A stretch of 64,000 nucleotides of DNA from Bacillales bacterium (GTDB lineage Bacteria; Bacillota; Bacilli; Bacillales; DASSOY01): NCBI GenBank assembly GCA_036381575.1, contig DASVCO010000183.1, positions 3,092-67,091 on the forward strand. Reading direction: 5' to 3'. Shown here piece after piece: positions 59,357-64,000 of this stretch; the stretch's first letter is position 1, and the number at the start of each line of letters is the position of its first letter. Position numbers and translations under genes: made by a program. The notes beneath the pieces are model-generated. The model ran no database searches, was not told where the DNA came from, and worked only from the letters and a program-made list of their open reading frames with translations.

Positions 59357-60607
59357 ATGAAAATCATTGTACAAAAATTCGGAGGAACTTCACTTAAGGG
59401 AGAAGTTGACCGGGAGAAGGCGGCTGCTCACGTTCAGGATGCCGTGAAAGAAGGGTATAAGGTTGTAGCGGTCGTGTCAGCCATGGGGAGGAAGAATGAC
59501 CCGTATGCGACAGATACACTTCTAGATCTTGTCGGAGGGGCCGAGACAAAGGTCAGCAACCGGGAATGGGATATGCTTGTTTCATGCGGAGAAGTGATTT
59601 CTTCGGTGGTTTTCGCCAATATGTTGAATCATACAGGTCTGAAAGCTGCAGCATTATCGGGCGCCCAGGCGGGTTTCCGTACAAGTGACGATCATCGGGA
59701 TGCGAAAATCATTGACATGAAATGTGAACGGCTGCGGGAAACTTTAAAAGATCATGACGTTGTTGTGGTCACCGGTTTCCAGGGTAGAAAGAAAAACGGA
59801 GATGTCACGACCATTGGACGTGGAGGAAGTGACACATCGGCAGCCGCTCTAGGTGCAGCGCTTGGAGCGGAATGGATTGATATTTTTACGGATGTAGACG
59901 GTGTAATGACGGCTGACCCGCGTATTGTATCTCAAGCAAAACCTCTCTCTAAGGTCACTTATAACGAAATTTCAAATTTGGCTTATCAAGGGGCAAAGGT
60001 CATTCATCCGCGCGCGGTAGAGATCGCCATGCAATCGAAGGTGCCGATTCGAATTCGTTCAACGCATTCTTCATCGCTTGGTACGCTAGTGACCTCGATT
60101 GGCGGTGAACGGCCCGGCAGTGATGTCCAGGAAAGATTGATTACGGGGATTGCTCATGCCAGCGGCGTTAGCCAGATCAGGGTAACGGATAAGGAAGGTT
60201 TGCATGATCTCCAATCGAAGGTTTTCAAGGCGATGGCTGAAAATGGGATCAGTGTCGATTTCATCAATATCAATCCAAACGGTGTGGTATATACTGTTAC
60301 TGAAGAAATGACTGATCGGGCGTTGAATGCTTTACGGGAAATCGGCTACGAACCGGAGGTGGTTCGGGGATGTGCGAAGGTTTCCGCTGTCGGTGCCGGC
60401 ATAGCGGGGATTCCGGGTGTCGCCTCTCAAATTGTAGCTGCGTTGGCCCAGAGGGACATTCAAATATTACAATCGGCGGACTCGCATACAACCATTTGGG
60501 TGTTGGTCAATCAAAAAGATCTTAAACCGGCCGTCAATGCGTTGCACGAGACCTTTGAATTATATAAAATTGACGAAACATCCAGTACGGAAGCGAAAAA
60601 AAGATAA
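59357..60607 (+). CDS. dapG: Aspartokinase (DAP-pathway isozyme I by synteny)
   Basis: 416 aa starting KIIVQKFGGTSL, with C-terminal ACT domains. Position is between asd and dapA. Confidence 0.93.
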   Translation: MKIIVQKFGGTSLKGEVDREKAAAHVQDAVKEGYKVVAVVSAMGRKNDPYATDTLLDLVGGAETKVSNREWDMLVSCGEVISSVVFANMLNHTGLKAAALSGAQAGFRTSDDHRDAKIIDMKCERLRETLKDHDVVVVTGFQGRKKNGDVTTIGRGGSDTSAAALGAALGAEWIDIFTDVDGVMTADPRIVSQAKPLSKVTYNEISNLAYQGAKVIHPRAVEIAMQSKVPIRIRSTHSSSLGTLVTSIGGERPGSDVQERLITGIAHASGVSQIRVTDKEGLHDLQSKVFKAMAENGISVDFININPNGVVYTVTEEMTDRALNALREIGYEPEVVRGCAKVSAVGAGIAGIPGVASQIVAALAQRDIQILQSADSHTTIWVLVNQKDLKPAVNALHETFELYKIDETSSTEAKKR

Positions 60608-60631
60608 CCACCTTGAAAGGGGTTGAATACA

Positions 60632-61519
60632 GTGGAATTGGGTCAAGTGTGTACGGCGATGGCAACACCTTTTGATCGTAAGGGCAATCTTGATTTGCGG
60701 AAGACCTCTCAATTTGTTGATTATTTGTTGGACAATGGGTCCGACAGTCTTCTCGTTGCTGGAACAACGGGAGAATCTCCCACTCTTGCAACGGAAGAGA
60801 AACTGGCTCTTTTCTCCCATGTTGTCAAAGCAACAGCGGGCAGGGTGCCTGTCATTGCAGGCACCGGCAGTTATAATACGCATGCGTCTGTTGAATTGAC
60901 GAGAAAAGCCGAGGAAATTGGGGTTGACGGCGTTTTGGCGGTCGCTCCCTATTATAATAAACCAAACCAGGAAGGTTTGTATCAACATTTCAAAACCATT
61001 GCCGAATCAACATCTCTTCCGGTCATGCTTTATAATATACCAGGCCGTTCGGTAGTCAATATTTCAGCAGAAACGATGATTCGGTTATCGCAAATCGATA
61101 ATATTGTCGGTGTTAAGGAAGCAAGCAAAGATTTGGTCCAAATCAGTGAAATCATTCAAGGCACCGCAGATGATTTTGCGGTTTACAGTGGAGATGACGG
61201 CGTCACGCTTCCAATCCTGTCAGTCGGGGGAAGCGGTGTTGTTTCGGTTGCTTCCCATGTCATCGGCAATGAAATGCAGGAAATGATTTCAACCTTCCAA
61301 CAGGGGCATGTCCAAGAAGCCGGCGAATGGCATCGGAAGTTGCTGCCTTTAATGAGGGCATTGTTTATTGCTCCCAATCCGGTTGCGGTGAAAACAGCTT
61401 TGCAAATGACCGGAATGGATGTAGGCGGTGTGCGTCTTCCGCTCGTTCCCCTTAATGAAGAAGAGCGTTTGCTGTTGCAAAGAGTGTTGAATACGACGAT
61501 AGCAAAAGAAAAATTATAA
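60632..61519 (+). CDS. dapA: 4-hydroxy-tetrahydrodipicolinate synthase
   Basis: 295 aa from GTG 60632 (9 nt after GAAAGGGG; TTG 60623 is the alternative). AGTTGESPTL and the YNIPGR motif. Confidence 0.96.
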   Translation: MELGQVCTAMATPFDRKGNLDLRKTSQFVDYLLDNGSDSLLVAGTTGESPTLATEEKLALFSHVVKATAGRVPVIAGTGSYNTHASVELTRKAEEIGVDGVLAVAPYYNKPNQEGLYQHFKTIAESTSLPVMLYNIPGRSVVNISAETMIRLSQIDNIVGVKEASKDLVQISEIIQGTADDFAVYSGDDGVTLPILSVGGSGVVSVASHVIGNEMQEMISTFQQGHVQEAGEWHRKLLPLMRALFIAPNPVAVKTALQMTGMDVGGVRLPLVPLNEEERLLLQRVLNTTIAKEKL

Positions 61520-61531
61520 ATACCAATGAAC

Positions 61532-61556
61532 AGAGCCGTTCAGGCTCTTTCTTTAT
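61532..61556 (+). terminator. Weak terminator after dapA
   Basis: AGAGCC (61532-61537) pairs with GGCTCT (61543-61548), followed by TTCTTTAT. Confidence 0.45.
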
Positions 61557-61574
61557 GGAATCTTCTTTGCCGCC

Positions 61575-61604
61575 TTGTTTCGAGTTTTGCCAATCATGTA
61601 TAAT
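61575..61604 (+). promoter_or_regulatory. Candidate sigA promoter for rnjB
   Basis: TTGTTT (61575-61580), an 18-nt spacer, then a perfect TATAAT (61599-61604). This leaves a GC-rich leader of about 100 nt. Confidence 0.4.
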
Positions 61605-61711
61605 GAAAACTGACGAATCGATCGGTGGTCCACTGAGGCGGGCTGGCCGCGGCTGCGGCATTTACAAACTGGATTGTATACGGCTATTTTGATAATCGGG
61701 AGGAACGGCTA

Positions 61712-63376
61712 TTGGCAAAACAAAAACAGGAAAAGCTTAGAGTGTTTGCGTTGGGCGGCGTCGGCGAACTCGGTAAGAATATGTATGTTGTTGAAGTGAA
61801 TGAGCGGATTTTTGTCATTGATGCGGGTTTGATGTTTCCGGAAAATGATATGCTCGGGGTAGATATTGTCATTCCCGACATCACCTATTTAACGGAAAAT
61901 CGAGAACGTGTACATGGCATATTCTTGACACACGGGCATGAAGATCATATTGGGGCACTTCCTTATGTATTAAAGCAATTGAATGTTCCTGTGTATGGCA
62001 CAAAGTTAACGCTTGGGCTTGTAAGGTACAAGCTTGAGGAAGCGGGTCTGAAGAAAGCCAAATTACATGCGGTGCATCCCGAGGAGGAAGTTTACGCGGG
62101 AGATGTGAAATTATCTTTCTTTCACACAAATCACAGCATTCCGGGCTCTATCGGCATTTGTATTCATACATCCCACGGGAGGATAGTCCATACGGGAGAT
62201 TTCAAATTCGACCATACCCCGGTCGATGACAAAGCCGCAGACATTCGAAAGATGGCGGCTGTCGGAGAAGAAGGGGTTCTTTGCCTGCTTTCCGATAGTA
62301 CAAATGCCCAGTTGCCAGGATTGAGCGGTTCGGAAAAAGAAATTGGCCGTGAAATTTCCGATGCTTTTTACGGTGCAAAGGGAAGGGTTATTGCGGCCTG
62401 TGTTGCTTCAAATGTTCATCGGTTGCAGCAGATTTTCGATGCTGTTGCTGAAAACAACCGGAAAATCGCCATTGTCAGCGACAATATTGAAAACGTTGTT
62501 CATATAGCAAAGGATCTTGGGTATTTAAACATCCCTGACGATATCTTGGTCAAAGTAGGAGATATGAAGCGTATTTCTGACGAGCAAGCAGTGTTGTTAA
62601 CCTCAGGATCACAGGGTGAACCCGTGTCAGCCCTGGCGGAAATGGCGGGAAAAGGAGAAAAAGATCTTAGGATCAAATCCGAGGATACAGTGGTGATCGC
62701 GGACAATCCGGTAGCAGGCAATGAAAGAATGGTCAATCAAACGATAGACAATTTAACCCGGATTGGCGCGGATGTTATTGCTGTTCAAAGCCAGACTTAT
62801 GATTACGGGCACGCTTCAGCCGAAGAATTAAAACTGATGATGCGGATAATGATGCCGAAATACTTCATTCCGGTTCACGGCGAATTTCGCATGATGAAGA
62901 GCCATAGTGAACTTGCGGAAGCGGTAGGTATCCCGAAGAAGAATATCTATATAGCGGAAAAAGGCGAAGTTGTCGAATTCAACGACGGAAAAGCCCAATG
63001 GGGAGGCAAAATTCCTTCCGGGAAGGTTCTTGTCGACGGAAGCGGAATCGGAGATGTCGGAAATATCGTCCTTCGTGATCGTAAATTGTTATCAGAGGAC
63101 GGGATCCTGCTTGTTGTAGTTACCCTCGGGAGAAAAACGAAAAAGGTGGTTTCGGGTCCTGAAATCATTTCCAGAGGTTTTGTTTACGTCCGCGAATCTG
63201 AACATTTGTTGGAAGAATCTAATCGGATTGTTTCCGAGGTGCTCAATGATTCACTGAATCAAAATGTATCTGAGTGGTCTTCATTGAAATCAGGCATGAG
63301 AGATGCATTAAGTCGTTATCTGTATGATAAAACGAAAAGGCGTCCGATGATTTTGCCGATCATCATGGAAGTATAG
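61712..63376 (+). CDS. rnjB: Ribonuclease J (J2-position paralog by synteny)
   Basis: 554 aa with a TTG start after GGGAGG. Metallo-beta-lactamase HGHEDHIG, a beta-CASP domain and the C-terminal PMILPIIMEV. Position after dapA matches B. subtilis ymfA/rnjB. Confidence 0.9.
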   Translation: MAKQKQEKLRVFALGGVGELGKNMYVVEVNERIFVIDAGLMFPENDMLGVDIVIPDITYLTENRERVHGIFLTHGHEDHIGALPYVLKQLNVPVYGTKLTLGLVRYKLEEAGLKKAKLHAVHPEEEVYAGDVKLSFFHTNHSIPGSIGICIHTSHGRIVHTGDFKFDHTPVDDKAADIRKMAAVGEEGVLCLLSDSTNAQLPGLSGSEKEIGREISDAFYGAKGRVIAACVASNVHRLQQIFDAVAENNRKIAIVSDNIENVVHIAKDLGYLNIPDDILVKVGDMKRISDEQAVLLTSGSQGEPVSALAEMAGKGEKDLRIKSEDTVVIADNPVAGNERMVNQTIDNLTRIGADVIAVQSQTYDYGHASAEELKLMMRIMMPKYFIPVHGEFRMMKSHSELAEAVGIPKKNIYIAEKGEVVEFNDGKAQWGGKIPSGKVLVDGSGIGDVGNIVLRDRKLLSEDGILLVVVTLGRKTKKVVSGPEIISRGFVYVRESEHLLEESNRIVSEVLNDSLNQNVSEWSSLKSGMRDALSRYLYDKTKRRPMILPIIMEV

Positions 63377-63391
63377 ACAATATATTTCATG

Positions 63392-63428
63392 AAGTCTCCC
63401 GTTTCATTATCGGGAGGCTTCTTCTATT
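63392..63428 (+). terminator. Terminator-like hairpin after rnjB
   Basis: AAGTCTCCCG (63392-63401) pairs with CGGGAGGCTT (63411-63420) with one wobble pair, followed by CTTCTATT. Confidence 0.5.
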
Positions 63429-63528
63429 ATGGAAAGGTTGGCAACGACGGGGTGATCTCGTTGGTTTCGTATCATTTTATTATTGTCGTTCATACTAGGG
63501 ACAAGACACCTTAGAAAGGAGCTTGGCT

Positions 63529-64000
63529 ATGAACAATAATGGAATTTCGAAATCGGAGGGCCCGCAACAGCCGCAAACCCAACCGAAGCAGCCTGATCAG
63601 CCCCAACAGCCGAATGAGGATCAAAATGACATGTCCAAACAGGCTGTGCTGAATCAAATAAAGAATTTAGGGGAGACGAATGTTCCCGCCAGCGAGCAAT
63701 CCAATATTCATTGCTTGCCGATCATCGGGCAAATCGAGGGGCATCAACAGCTTCCTCCGAAAAATAAGACGACAAAATATGAACACCTTATTCCGCAAAT
63801 TGTAGCGGTTGAACAGAATCCCAAAATTGAAGGCCTGCTCTTGATACTCAATACGGTGGGAGGAGATGTTGAAGCCGGTCTGGCTATTTCTGAAATGATT
63901 GCTTCTCTTTCCAAACCGACAGTCAGCATTGTTCTGGGCGGAGGGCATTCCATCGGCATTCCGATTGCCGTCTCTACCGATTACTCTTACATCGCTGAAA
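63529..64000 (+). CDS. tepA: ClpP-like translocation-enhancing protein TepA (partial, runs off window end)
   Basis: ATG 63529 after AAAGGAG. My translation gives a Q/P-rich N-terminus, then [85 protein letters not shown]. It is missing from the ORF track because there is no stop inside the window. Confidence 0.88.
   Translation, partial: MNNNGISKSEGPQQPQTQPKQPDQPQQPNEDQNDMSKQAVLNQIKNLGETNVPASEQSNIHCLPIIGQIEGHQQLPPKNKTTKYEHLIPQIVAVEQNPKIEGLLLILNTVGGDVEAGLAISEMIASLSKPTVSIVLGGGHSIGIPIAVSTDYSYIAE

Overview
The window is an entirely plus-strand block of about 65 core genes from an endospore-forming Bacillales genome. Gene order matches, almost gene for gene, the Bacillus subtilis region from codV/xerC to tepA. 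In order it contains: the xerC 3' end; hslVU-codY; the complete fla/che flagellum and chemotaxis operon (flgB through sigD-swrB); rpsB-tsf-pyrH-frr-uppS-cdsA-dxr-rseP-proS-polC; rimP-nusA-ylxR-ylxQ-infB-rbfA-truB-ribF; rpsO-pnp; ylxY-mlpA; spoVFA-spoVFB-asd-dapG-dapA; rnjB; and the 5' part of tepA. I found no tRNA or rRNA genes, CRISPR arrays, IS or transposon ends, phage genes, defence genes or any other accessory island. All long minus-strand ORFs in the track are antisense shadows of plus-strand genes. I therefore see no convincing undescribed multi-gene system here, and this reads as an ordinary, highly conserved core region. The points worth a second look are local deviations from the canonical layout. 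(1) cheB encodes only the methylesterase domain and has no receiver domain. (2) A roughly 105-nt tandem duplication fills the hslU-codY spacer and duplicates the codY ribosome-binding region. (3) The 295-nt ylxY-mlpA spacer is rich in palindromes. (4) NusA carries a 76-residue Asp/Glu/Tyr tail, and the rimP-nusA leader contains an intrinsic terminator. (5) fliL, ylxP and ymxH are absent from their usual slots. (6) There are unusually long spacers inside the early fla/che operon, around flgE, and between rimP and nusA. Start codons were chosen by Shine-Dalgarno (SD) spacing and by remembered homolog N-termini. Promoters and hairpins were called by eye. No database search or folding computation was run.
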